From the NCBI GenBank assembly GCA_015494465.1, contig WGBD01000001.1:116477-180476 (forward strand): a DNA stretch of 64,000 nucleotides, written 5' to 3'. The notes beneath the pieces were generated by a model. It was not told the DNA's origin, made no database searches, and was given only the letters and a program-made list of their open reading frames with translations. The translations under genes were made by a program, and so were the position numbers. Of this stretch, positions 48,599 through 57,802 are shown in pieces; the stretch's first letter is position 1; every line of letters starts with the position of its first letter. This stretch comes from Candidatus Omnitrophota bacterium (GTDB lineage: Bacteria; Omnitrophota; Gorgyraeia; S143-82).

Positions 48599-49507
48599 TC
48601 AGACGACCTCCAACATCCTGTCTATAGACCTCTTTGCCTTGGAGATGATCTTCTCAGGCAACCTCACCTCGTACTTCTCTTCCAAAAGGGCCTCGTAAAG
48701 GCGTTCAAGCGTGGTCTCTTTCATTGTACGACAAACCGCCCTATCAGAGACAGGAATAAATTCCTTCTCCGGCAATTCTTTCTTTAAGCGGTACACCATT
48801 TCCCTTTCGGTAGCAACGATAAAGCGTCTCGCATCTGAGCGTTGCGCCCACTTGATCATGCCCGAGGTGGAGGCAATCGCATCCGCTAACTCCAACACCT
48901 CAGGAGGGCACTCGGGGTGAGCTATCACCTCCGCATCTGGGAACACCCGCTTTTTCTCCAGCACATCCTTGGGGTGGATCTCCTCGTGGACATAACAATA
49001 CCCTTTATCCCATATAACCATATTCTCCCGTTGGGTCTGCTTCTGGACATACATTCCTAGATTCCTATCGGGAAGAAAGACCACCGTTTTATTAGGGTCT
49101 ATTGCCTTTACCACCCGAACCGCATTCGCAGAGGTACAGCAAATATCCACTTCAGCCTTTATCTCTGCACTGGTATTGACATAGGCCACGAATTCCGCAC
49201 CTGGATACCGCTCACGCAATTGCCTTACATCCTCTACGGAGATGGTGTCTGCAAGAAAACAGCCAGCCCAAAGCGAAGGGATCAATACCTTGGCCTGGGG
49301 GGAAAGGACCTTAGCGGTCTCTGCCATGAACACCACCCCACAGAAGACTATAAGATCTGCGGATCTCTCCTTGGCTATCCTGCTCAATTCCAGAGAATCT
49401 CCCACCACATCTGCTAGATCCTGGATCTCTGGGAGCTGATAGTTGTGGGCCAAGATCAGGGCATTCTTTTCCTGCTTAAGCCTCAATATCTCTTTCTTTA
49501 GGTTCAT
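48599..49507 (-). CDS. nadA: quinolinate synthase
   Basis: LAHNYQ...conserved Cys ligands; 302 aa type NadA. Confidence 0.85.
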   Translation of the reverse strand: MNLKKEILRLKQEKNALILAHNYQLPEIQDLADVVGDSLELSRIAKERSADLIVFCGVVFMAETAKVLSPQAKVLIPSLWAGCFLADTISVEDVRQLRERYPGAEFVAYVNTSAEIKAEVDICCTSANAVRVVKAIDPNKTVVFLPDRNLGMYVQKQTQRENMVIWDKGYCYVHEEIHPKDVLEKKRVFPDAEVIAHPECPPEVLELADAIASTSGMIKWAQRSDARRFIVATEREMVYRLKKELPEKEFIPVSDRAVCRTMKETTLERLYEALLEEKYEVRLPEKIISKAKRSIDRMLEVV

Positions 49508-49510
49508 GGA

Positions 49511-50545
49511 CTACTCCCAAGGATAGGAGACCGATTCGATCTCACCACCAGCGACTATCTTATCCCCCTTGTAAATCACTACGTGCTGACCGGGGGCAAC
49601 ACCCAATTGCTTTTCTACAAACACCACCTCAAAACGATCCCCTTCTCTCACGACGCGAACCGGTACATCGGGTTGATTATACCTGATTTTGGCACTGGCC
49701 TCAAACTCCGATCTCTCCTCTAGATAAACACCTAATCTAGCGGTCAGTCTGCTGGCCATGGCCTCCTCTCTCTTGGCCACCACCACGGTCCTACTTTCCG
49801 GAACTATCCTTACCACATACCACGGACCTGGTTCCTTCAAAGAAAGACCCGACCGCTGTCCAGGCGTGTACATGAAGTATCCTCGGTGCTCTCCAAGCAC
49901 TCGACCTCGTATGTCCACAATCTTACCCGAAAAGTCCTTATCTCGCTCCAGCCCTGCCATGAGAAAGGCCTTATAATCCTTATCCCCGACGAAGCACAAA
50001 TCCTGACTTTCTCCCGAGGGCTTCAACCAAGGCACCCTCCCTCCGACATACCTTCTCACCCAGCCCTTATCCTTATCCCCTAACGGAAACAGGACATCGG
50101 AAAGTCCCGTAGGGATCAAGCGGTAAAGGAAGTAGCTCTGATCTTTTTTGAGATCCACACCCTTTGCTATAGTAGGCCTGCCCTCGTATTCTCCGATTCG
50201 GGCGTAATGTCCGGTAGCCACTGCGTCGAAGCCCAACTCCTCCTTTAGTCTCCTCAACCAATAGAACTTGAAGTCGACATTGCAGTTCACGCAGGGATTC
50301 GGGGTAAGTCCACTCAGATAGTAGTCCTTAAAACCGGCAACCACCCCACGATCGAAGGGCTCTTGCAAGGTATACACGGTAATGGGGATAAAAAAATACT
50401 GAGCTATCTTTTCAACGCGCTCTCTAACTGGACTGTTAAAACCGGTATCTAGGAAACAGGCATGAACCGTATGGCCCTGCTCCAACAGGAGGGCCACTAC
50501 TGCACAGGAGTCAATCCCCCCGCTCAGGCCCACTACCACCCTCAT
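49511..50545 (-). CDS. mnmA: tRNA-specific 2-thiouridylase
   Basis: [22 protein letters not shown]-loop; 344 aa. Confidence 0.85.
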   Translation of the reverse strand: MRVVVGLSGGIDSCAVVALLLEQGHTVHACFLDTGFNSPVRERVEKIAQYFFIPITVYTLQEPFDRGVVAGFKDYYLSGLTPNPCVNCNVDFKFYWLRRLKEELGFDAVATGHYARIGEYEGRPTIAKGVDLKKDQSYFLYRLIPTGLSDVLFPLGDKDKGWVRRYVGGRVPWLKPSGESQDLCFVGDKDYKAFLMAGLERDKDFSGKIVDIRGRVLGEHRGYFMYTPGQRSGLSLKEPGPWYVVRIVPESRTVVVAKREEAMASRLTARLGVYLEERSEFEASAKIRYNQPDVPVRVVREGDRFEVVFVEKQLGVAPGQHVVIYKGDKIVAGGEIESVSYPWE

Positions 50546-51200
50546 ACTTGGTCAACCTGTGTTCAAGTTCTTCAATCCTCTTTTCGAGACGGTTTTGCTC
50601 CTTCATGAGCACCCGTATCACATCCGCTATAGGATCGGGTAACCTCCCGTGCTCCAGATCGATCTCTATCTGCTTTCGGCTACTGCGAATCTCCTGTACG
50701 ATCCTCCCCGGCACACCTACTACCGTCGCCCCCGGAGGGACATCTTTTATTACCACAGAACCCGATCCTATCTTCGCCCCTTCCCCAATCGTGATGTTGC
50801 CCAGGACTATCGCCCCAGCACCAATGACCACCCTATCCTTTACGGTGGGATGGCGCTTCGTCTTCTCCTTGCTCGTTCCGCCCAACACGACACCTTGGTA
50901 TATCAGGACATCGTCACCCACCTCCGCAGTCTCACCTATTACCACCCCCATCCCGTGGTCTATAAAGACCCGTCTCCCCAACTTGGCTCCAGGATGGATC
51001 TCTATACCGGTGAGGAATCGATTAATGTGGGACAGAAATCTGGCCAGGAACTTGAACCCGTGATTCCACAGCCAGTGTGCTATCCTGTGCATCCATATGG
51101 CGTGTAGCCCAGGGTAGCAAAACAGGACCTCTAATACACTACGGGCAGCGGGATCGTCGCGAAAGACGGTCTCGATGTCCTCGCGCAATCTACGGAACAT
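50511..51200 (-). CDS. cysE: serine O-acetyltransferase, with a charged C-terminal coiled-coil-like tail
   Basis: SAT N-terminal helical domain, then hexapeptide repeats ([41 protein letters not shown]). Confidence 0.8.
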   Translation of the reverse strand: MFRRLREDIETVFRDDPAARSVLEVLFCYPGLHAIWMHRIAHWLWNHGFKFLARFLSHINRFLTGIEIHPGAKLGRRVFIDHGMGVVIGETAEVGDDVLIYQGVVLGGTSKEKTKRHPTVKDRVVIGAGAIVLGNITIGEGAKIGSGSVVIKDVPPGATVVGVPGRIVQEIRSSRKQIEIDLEHGRLPDPIADVIRVLMKEQNRLEKRIEELEHRLTKYEGGSGPERGD

Positions 51201-51203
51201 GGA

Positions 51204-51491
51204 TCAGATGGCCACCACCTGTTTTATCCCAGGCACCATGTTCTTGAGGGACTGCTCTACGCCCATCTTGAGGGTCATGACCGAGAAGGGACAGGCACCA
51301 CAGGCTCCCAACAGTCTTACCTTCACCGTACCCTCGTCGTCCAGTTCCAGGAACTCTATATCTCCACCATCCATCTGGAGCGCTGGACGGATCTCTTTCT
51401 CTATGATCTCTTTCACCTTCTGTTCCAACTCTTCCCGATTAAGCTCTCTCTCCATCTTTTCCCTCCTTGACGCTGGCTTATCAGACATCAC
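51204..51491 (-). CDS. NifU-like (Nfu) Fe-S cluster scaffold domain protein
   Basis: ALQMDGGDIEFL...GACGACPFS (CxxC) Nfu C-terminal domain. Confidence 0.7.
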   Translation of the reverse strand: MMSDKPASRREKMERELNREELEQKVKEIIEKEIRPALQMDGGDIEFLELDDEGTVKVRLLGACGACPFSVMTLKMGVEQSLKNMVPGIKQVVAI

Positions 51492-51512
51492 CTTAACATA
51501 TTAGCACCTATC

Positions 51513-52226
51513 TCATAAGTTTCCAATCACCTCTTTCTGCTTGGCCAAGAGATCCTCGATCCCCTTTTGGGCTAGATCCAACAGCTCATCAAGGACCGAC
51601 CTGGTAAACCCCCCTCTCTCACCCGTCCCCTGCACCTCTATAAACTCCCTACCTTCAAATGCGACGACATTCATGTCTACTGTTGCCTGAGAATCCTCAG
51701 AGTACTCCAGATCCAATAGGAGCTGGCCCTCTACGACCCCAACGCTGATAGCGCTAACCACTCCTCGGAAGGTAAACTCTACAGGGTGACCTAACTGCCT
51801 TTCCAGGGCCTTAAGACACATGTATAAGGCGATCACTCCCCCGTTTATCCCCGCGGTGCGGGTACCACCATCGGCCTGTAAGACGTCCACATCGACATAT
51901 ATGGTCCTTTCTCCTATGTGTTCCAGGTCCACGCAGGCCCGTAGGCTCCGCCCTATCAACCTCTGGATCTCGAATGTCCTACCCGAGCCTGCAGACTTCT
52001 CCCTAGGGAGCCTGCCCAGCGTAGAGCCGGGCAACATCCTGTACTCGCAGGTCAACCACCCATTGCCCGTTCCTTTCAGAAAGTTGGGCACATCGTCGAT
52101 CCAGGTAGCGGTACACAATACCCGTGTCTTGCCCATACGGAACAAACAGGACCCCGGGGGATTGTCTAACCAGCCCGGGATAATCTCAACAGGTCGGACC
52201 TCATTCCAAGACCTGTCTACTCGCAT
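51513..52226 (-). CDS. rph: ribonuclease PH
   Basis: GSCLFRMGKTRVLCTA...LQADGGTRTA RNase PH signature; 237 aa. Confidence 0.85.
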   Translation of the reverse strand: MRVDRSWNEVRPVEIIPGWLDNPPGSCLFRMGKTRVLCTATWIDDVPNFLKGTGNGWLTCEYRMLPGSTLGRLPREKSAGSGRTFEIQRLIGRSLRACVDLEHIGERTIYVDVDVLQADGGTRTAGINGGVIALYMCLKALERQLGHPVEFTFRGVVSAISVGVVEGQLLLDLEYSEDSQATVDMNVVAFEGREFIEVQGTGERGGFTRSVLDELLDLAQKGIEDLLAKQKEVIGNL

Positions 52227-53110
52227 CTCTTCCCCTCCAGCTTTCGGCCGTAACCTGCCAGAAACTCCACGATCCCCATCCTCCGTTTACCTGCCGGCTG
52301 TACCTCCACCGGTAAGATCGCCCTATCGGCTGTACCTATCATCAATCCCTTTTTATCCACTACCACCTCACCCGGGGCCAGTCTTTGTTCGGCGATCTCT
52401 GCCCACCATATCTTCAGCTCTATCTCACCAATGATCGTCCATGCCCCCCAATAAGGTGAACCCGCCCTCACGAGGTTGTACACCCCTTCTGCAGGGGAAT
52501 TCCAATCTATCCTCAAAAGATCCCGATCAACCTTCCTGGCGTAAGAAGGCTCTCCCTCCTGCGGTCGATCCGTCGGCAAATCAGATCGAGAAAACACCTC
52601 GAGCAAGGCAGAGACAGCCTTCTCCGCCAAGGCCCTCTCCAAGTCTGCGTAAGACCATTGGATGGGAACCGAGACCTGCTCCTGGCGAACGATCCTGCCG
52701 GTGTCTATCCCCTCGTCCATCCAGAAGAGGCTAACACCGCTTTCCTTATCCCCGCTGCGGATGGTCCAAAAGATAGGCGCAGGGCCTCTCCACCTGGGGA
52801 GAAGGGAGGGATGCAAGTTAAGACAACGCCGTGTCCTTACTAGGTTTGGGGGGAAGATGAAACCTATGTCGCAGGCCACTATAAGGCCCTCCTCTTCAAG
52901 TAATACTCCTTCCGCGTCGATCCCGTCCAATTCCAGGACATCCAAGCGGTGCTCTAAACAGACCCGTTTTACCGGCAGGGGGCCTAGCCCCCCTCTAGGC
53001 AGCCTTCTATCGCCTAGGGTGTAGACGCGAGAGGGAGCCCTCCCACGCTCTAATATCCCCTGCAACACCCGGGCGCCAAACCTACCGCTGGAACAATACA
53101 CCCATCTCAC
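52217..53110 (-). CDS. fmt: methionyl-tRNA formyltransferase
   Basis: Formyl-transferase N-domain (NLHPSLLPRWRGPAPI) and Fmt C-terminal domain. Confidence 0.7.
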   Translation of the reverse strand: MRWVYCSSGRFGARVLQGILERGRAPSRVYTLGDRRLPRGGLGPLPVKRVCLEHRLDVLELDGIDAEGVLLEEEGLIVACDIGFIFPPNLVRTRRCLNLHPSLLPRWRGPAPIFWTIRSGDKESGVSLFWMDEGIDTGRIVRQEQVSVPIQWSYADLERALAEKAVSALLEVFSRSDLPTDRPQEGEPSYARKVDRDLLRIDWNSPAEGVYNLVRAGSPYWGAWTIIGEIELKIWWAEIAEQRLAPGEVVVDKKGLMIGTADRAILPVEVQPAGKRRMGIVEFLAGYGRKLEGKRCE

Positions 53111-54282
53111 AGCTGTGTCTCCCTCAATACCTCCTCCAGCGTAGTGAGTCCCATCTTCACCTTTCGCAGGCCATCTTCCCTCAACGAGACCATCCCCAGT
53201 TCCTTGGCCCTGCGGAACAACCCTTCTGTGGAGATCCTATCCAGAATAAGCGGATGCAGCTCCGTGCTTACCCCCAGAAATTCGAATATACCGATCCTGC
53301 CTCGATACCCGCTACCTCCACAGGCCTCACAGCCTACCCCTTTGAAGAACCGGCCCTCTCTGAGCTCGTCCTCATCAAGACCAAAGGCATCTATCTCCGC
53401 CTGGGTTGGTTCGTATACCTCTATGCATTGAGGACAAATCCTCCTTACCAATCTCTGGGCGATCACCGCCCTAAGGGTAGCAGTGATAAGGTACGGCTCT
53501 ATCCCCATGTCGATCAAGCGAGTAATCGCGCCGGGTGCGTTGTTGGTGTGCAGAGTAGAAAAGACCAGGTGTCCGGTCAGGGCGGAATGGATGGATATCT
53601 CCGCGGTCTCTCTGTCCCTTATCTCCCCTACCATTATTACATCTGGATCCTGACGCAATATCGTGCGCAATATCACTGCAAAGTCCAGTCCTATCTTGGG
53701 ATTTATCGGCACCTGAACCACACCTGGAAGATCGTATTCAATGGGGTCCTCTACGGTGATCAACTTCCTGTGTATCTGATTCAACTCCCTAAGGAAGGCG
53801 TACAAGGTCGTGGTCTTACCGCTCCCCGTAGGTCCGGTCACCAAGATCATGCCGTTGGTGAACTCGAGCAGGGACTGGTACAGGTGTATGTCCTCTTCCC
53901 AGATCCCAAGCTCCCCTAACTGTATGTCTATGTTGCCCTTATCCAATATCCGCAGTACCACGCTCTCACCAGTAACCGTGGGAAGGGTGGAGACCCTAAA
54001 GTCCACATCCTTACCGTTAATACGCATCCTTATTCGCCCATCCTGAGGGACACGATTCTCTGCCACATCCAAGCCTGCCAAGACCTTTATACGGGAAACG
54101 ATAGGGGAAAACAGCTCTTCCGGGGGGCTTGCTAGATCCCTCACGACGCCATCCACCCTTGCCCTTACCTTGAATCCTTCCGGAAAGACCTCGAAGTGGA
54201 CATCACTGGCCTTGAGCTCTACCGCCTCTGACAGGATAGCGTCCAACAACTGGACGACGGGTGCAGAAGCCCCTGCGCTCAT
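53107..54282 (-). CDS. GspE/PilB-family type II/IV secretion ATPase (short form with C-terminal tetracysteine Zn motif)
   Basis: Walker A GPTGSGKTT, Asp box, Walker B, His box; CPQC...CEACGGSGY. Confidence 0.75.
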   Translation of the reverse strand: MSAGASAPVVQLLDAILSEAVELKASDVHFEVFPEGFKVRARVDGVVRDLASPPEELFSPIVSRIKVLAGLDVAENRVPQDGRIRMRINGKDVDFRVSTLPTVTGESVVLRILDKGNIDIQLGELGIWEEDIHLYQSLLEFTNGMILVTGPTGSGKTTTLYAFLRELNQIHRKLITVEDPIEYDLPGVVQVPINPKIGLDFAVILRTILRQDPDVIMVGEIRDRETAEISIHSALTGHLVFSTLHTNNAPGAITRLIDMGIEPYLITATLRAVIAQRLVRRICPQCIEVYEPTQAEIDAFGLDEDELREGRFFKGVGCEACGGSGYRGRIGIFEFLGVSTELHPLILDRISTEGLFRRAKELGMVSLREDGLRKVKMGLTTLEEVLRETQL

Positions 54283-55322
54283 TGCACCTCTACGGGGTTC
54301 TCCTGGGTATAGTTGATAGCGGTTATCGGATACGGGATAACGATACCCTCGTCCTTGTACCTCTTGTGCAGGCGTTTTATGAATTCGTGAGTGATCAGAT
54401 ATCTATCCACGAAGGTCTTGCCCCGCAGGATCACCGTAAAGTTGATGCTAAAGTCCCCAAAGGTGTGATAGCGGATGAACGGATCGAACTCGGGCACCCC
54501 GCCAGGTACGGTCTGCATAACCTCCTTGGCCACCTCACAGGTAATCTTTTCGACCTTCTCCAGGTCACTGTTGTAATGCACGCCAACCTGCACCAACACC
54601 GCCAGATCACTGGAAGGCAACTCGTAATTTATGACCTTTGCCTGAGCAAGTTTGGAGTTGGGCACCAAGACCATGTTGTTGGGCAATTGTCGGATCTTGG
54701 TTACTCGCCAGCCTATGTCCTCTACGTATCCCTCTTCCCCGGAATCCAGCTTGATGTAGTCACCTACCTTTATGTGGTTATCCAAAGTAATGTACATCCC
54801 CGCAAAGAGATTCGACAGGGTATCCTGCAGGGCCAAGGCAACGGCCAAACCACCTATACCCAATGTGGTCAGCAACGGAGTAATGGAGATCCCGAGGTGA
54901 TTGAGGGCTATCAACACGCCCAGAAGGATGATAGTAAGCTTTACCACATTGGCAAACAACGAGCTTTTAGCGAAGAACTTATTTTCTTGACGATAATAGG
55001 CAAAGAGCCTATCCACTATGTTCACCAGTCCCCAGAAGAGCGAACCGATGAACAACACATACAATATCCTCTGCCCCAATTCTACTTGATTTGGTTTTAG
55101 CCCTATAAATGCCAAGGCAAAGGCAAGACCCCCAAGGATAAACCACAGGACAATCCAGCGTTTTATCTCCTCAAAGACCACATCGTCCCACACCGTTTTG
55201 GTCTTACCCACGAGCTTAAGCACGCGATTCACCACGATCCGCTTCACGATCATCCCTAATATCCACGAGAAGACCACGATGCCTGAAGACACGAGCATGT
55301 TTATCATCACCGCTTTATTCAT
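54279..55322 (-). CDS. MscS-family mechanosensitive channel
   Basis: Three TM helices with the pore helix GIGGLAVALALQDTLSNLFAG, followed by a beta-domain. Confidence 0.8.
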   Translation of the reverse strand: MNKAVMINMLVSSGIVVFSWILGMIVKRIVVNRVLKLVGKTKTVWDDVVFEEIKRWIVLWFILGGLAFALAFIGLKPNQVELGQRILYVLFIGSLFWGLVNIVDRLFAYYRQENKFFAKSSLFANVVKLTIILLGVLIALNHLGISITPLLTTLGIGGLAVALALQDTLSNLFAGMYITLDNHIKVGDYIKLDSGEEGYVEDIGWRVTKIRQLPNNMVLVPNSKLAQAKVINYELPSSDLAVLVQVGVHYNSDLEKVEKITCEVAKEVMQTVPGGVPEFDPFIRYHTFGDFSINFTVILRGKTFVDRYLITHEFIKRLHKRYKDEGIVIPYPITAINYTQENPVEVQ

Positions 55323-55998
55323 TCTCGGCTACCTCCCATTCAGCCACCCATCCCTCTGGTAACACCACTCCCCCTGAGACGACGGCCTGCAAGGCAGACT
55401 CTACACTTACATCCAAAGCGATAACTTCGTCCTTTCTCACGAACTCCAGGAATCCCGTCAAAGGACTAGGGGAAGTAGGGACGAACACCGCAACGAAAAC
55501 CTCACCCTCTTTCGACGGCAGATGGACCCCGTCAGAGCTCAAGAAAGCGATAGAATACATGCCCTTTCGGGGGTATTCTATCAAGACGACCCTGCCCCAC
55601 TTCTTCTCCTGCTGTTGGAAAAAGTACTGAGCAATCCTTTTTAGAGAGGAATATATCCTGCCCACCAAAGGCAGGCGTTCTACCCAATGCTCGAAAAAGG
55701 CCATTATGCGCCGGGCGAGGAAGTTCTGGACCAGCAGACCCACGAAAAAGATCAACACCAAAGACAAAACTATACTCAACCCCGGGACCTCAAAGCCCAG
55801 TGCCAGACGGACCAACGAGTTGAGGTACCTACCTATAGCCACATCGATGAGCTTAAATATCAGACCGATAACATATATAGTCAACACTACCGGCGTAACG
55901 ACCGCCAATCCTGAGATAAAGTACCTTCGCCAGCGACTCATCCACATAACCCGATTTACCTCTCCTTTAGCAATTGCTTTACCCAATCGAGTTCCCAA
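55315..55998 (-). CDS. DUF502-family membrane protein
   Basis: Two N-terminal TM helices plus the conserved DUF502 core; the true start is probably the internal MSRWRRYF. Confidence 0.55.
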   Translation of the reverse strand: MGTRLGKAIAKGEVNRVMWMSRWRRYFISGLAVVTPVVLTIYVIGLIFKLIDVAIGRYLNSLVRLALGFEVPGLSIVLSLVLIFFVGLLVQNFLARRIMAFFEHWVERLPLVGRIYSSLKRIAQYFFQQQEKKWGRVVLIEYPRKGMYSIAFLSSDGVHLPSKEGEVFVAVFVPTSPSPLTGFLEFVRKDEVIALDVSVESALQAVVSGGVVLPEGWVAEWEVAENE

Positions 55999-57536
55999 TC
56001 GTATATCCCGTTCTTCTTCAAGACCTTGCTCACGTAACCGTCGGTTATAGCGTCCAGATCCGACCTCAACCGCTGTATCCTATAAAGCAGATCGAGTAGT
56101 TTTGCTACATCCTTTGGCGGAGACAACACCAAACGGGTCTGGAGCTTTCGCCTCTCGAAGTAAGTCTGATTGACCTGATCAAGGATGTCATCTCTCAATT
56201 CTACCGTAAGTTTGGACCTGGTATCAATCGAGATCTCCTCTTTGGACCAGACCAACTCTTTGAGATCCCACTCCAGCGATATCCCAAAGTCCCCTGAAGA
56301 GTAAACCGTCTTATCGTCTGGACCGACATTTGAGTTGCCGTAAGAAGATACCGCAACCGAATCGGAAACTGACCTACTACCACTCAGATCCACATCCAAA
56401 GACACCTTGGGTAAAAGCGCTCTTTTCCTAACCGCCTCTCGCCAGGCAATTATCTTCTCAGGGCTGACCTCTGCTACCTGCATAGCAACTTCTTGGATCT
56501 CGTCTATTGCCGGTTCCTGCGCAAACATCCTCCACAAGAAGAGCATCCTATCCCCGTTAGGCGAGGCAGGAGACACCGTCTGAATGCGCCTTACATACAA
56601 TCGACGCGAGCTACACACCAAGGCATAGGACCCCCTAAAGTCTCCGGAATAGATGTCTAGATCCTCCAGGCCCTGGTCATCTGACTCTCCCGAATAGACC
56701 AAGAAAACACCTTCGTTTCCGTAGGCTATCGCCTCCTCGGGGAAAAGCAGCCCCCTAAGTTCACCAGGATAATCAAAGACCTTTTTACTGCCTTCCTTCT
56801 CATCGACCATCCACACCGCTTTACCCCTAGCGAACAAGACCTTCCGTTGGTCCCAGATGACCTGATTCCCCTTGTAGGGGACTGTCTCCGAATCCGGTAT
56901 CCAACTTTCCTCGTACACCGGCTCCCAACTTCCAAGATCTACGACGATTATGCGATCCTTTGTCAATACAGCTAGGCGATCTCCAGAAGAAGAGACTTCC
57001 AGATCAAGCACACCCCTAGCAGTGAAGACCCGATCCCAGTGGGATCCATCTGTCGAGCGGTATACCCCCTCTTTTGTCCCTATCAATAGGGAACCTCTGC
57101 CCCCGCCGACGCAGGTGACGAGCTTTCCCGGTGGAGAGAACACCCTCTTTGCCCTCTTCTTCTCCTGCCCCAGCTCCACCACGAATAATCCCAAAGAAGA
57201 GGCCCAATACAGCCTGCCCCTCCACACCAACGCATCGTACACCCCTAGATCTTCTCCTCCCCTCAACCTGCACAGCCTAAAGGCACCGGAATCCCGTAGG
57301 CACCAAACATAGTTCTTATCAAACAGATAAGCCTCCCCCCCAGGGCCCAAACGCACTAACCTAATGGGAGTACCATTCCAAGGAAGAGGTAGCCAATCAC
57401 CGAGGAGAACCGAGGCAAAGGAGAGGAAAAGGATCAGAGACAATCCTAATCTTCCCACGCTAACCTGTCCCCCACTTCTAAGCCCCAACGCGAGGCACTT
57501 CCACCCGCTACCTCCAACACATAAGAGGCCGACCAC
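55956..57536 (-). CDS. hypothetical exported protein with BNR/Ycf48-like beta-propeller repeats
   Basis: N-terminal hydrophobic segment; repeated motifs resembling Asp-box/BNR (VYRSTDGSHWDRV); 526 aa. Confidence 0.4.
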   Translation of the reverse strand: MVGLLCVGGSGWKCLALGLRSGGQVSVGRLGLSLILFLSFASVLLGDWLPLPWNGTPIRLVRLGPGGEAYLFDKNYVWCLRDSGAFRLCRLRGGEDLGVYDALVWRGRLYWASSLGLFVVELGQEKKRAKRVFSPPGKLVTCVGGGRGSLLIGTKEGVYRSTDGSHWDRVFTARGVLDLEVSSSGDRLAVLTKDRIIVVDLGSWEPVYEESWIPDSETVPYKGNQVIWDQRKVLFARGKAVWMVDEKEGSKKVFDYPGELRGLLFPEEAIAYGNEGVFLVYSGESDDQGLEDLDIYSGDFRGSYALVCSSRRLYVRRIQTVSPASPNGDRMLFLWRMFAQEPAIDEIQEVAMQVAEVSPEKIIAWREAVRKRALLPKVSLDVDLSGSRSVSDSVAVSSYGNSNVGPDDKTVYSSGDFGISLEWDLKELVWSKEEISIDTRSKLTVELRDDILDQVNQTYFERRKLQTRLVLSPPKDVAKLLDLLYRIQRLRSDLDAITDGYVSKVLKKNGIYDWELDWVKQLLKER

Positions 57537-57802
57537 ACCGGCCAGAGCATAATTCGACCAGGAGGATAGTTAGGGAGGATGCGGACGATTCGACCTTGGG
57601 AATCCAAAAAGATCACATCTATTGGGAAACGCATGCCAAGCGTGTGAATCATGTTGCAATCCGGGAAGAGCAATCCTTCCTCGTAAGAAAGGTGATGCCT
57701 GGACAACAACCCAATAAGTCTCTTCCAAAAAGAGCGGGCAACCTTCAGCTTGGTCAGTAATACCGAATTATCCCCCCTTCTTATTAATCTCATAAAAGAC
57801 AT
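57446..57802 (-). CDS. DUF192-family protein
   Basis: LLFPDCNMIHTLGMRFPIDVIFLD matches the DUF192 (COG1430) core. Confidence 0.55.
   Translation of the reverse strand: MSFMRLIRRGDNSVLLTKLKVARSFWKRLIGLLSRHHLSYEEGLLFPDCNMIHTLGMRFPIDVIFLDSQGRIVRILPNYPPGRIMLWPVWSASYVLEVAGGSASRWGLEVGDRLAWED

Noticed and set aside
50511-50545. 35-nt overlap between the cysE 3' end and the mnmA 5' end (similar short overlaps at many junctions)
   Set aside because: Short same-strand overlaps are common translational coupling. Alternative internal starts (for example [10 protein letters not shown] for mnmA) are consistent with it, so it is not an anomaly.
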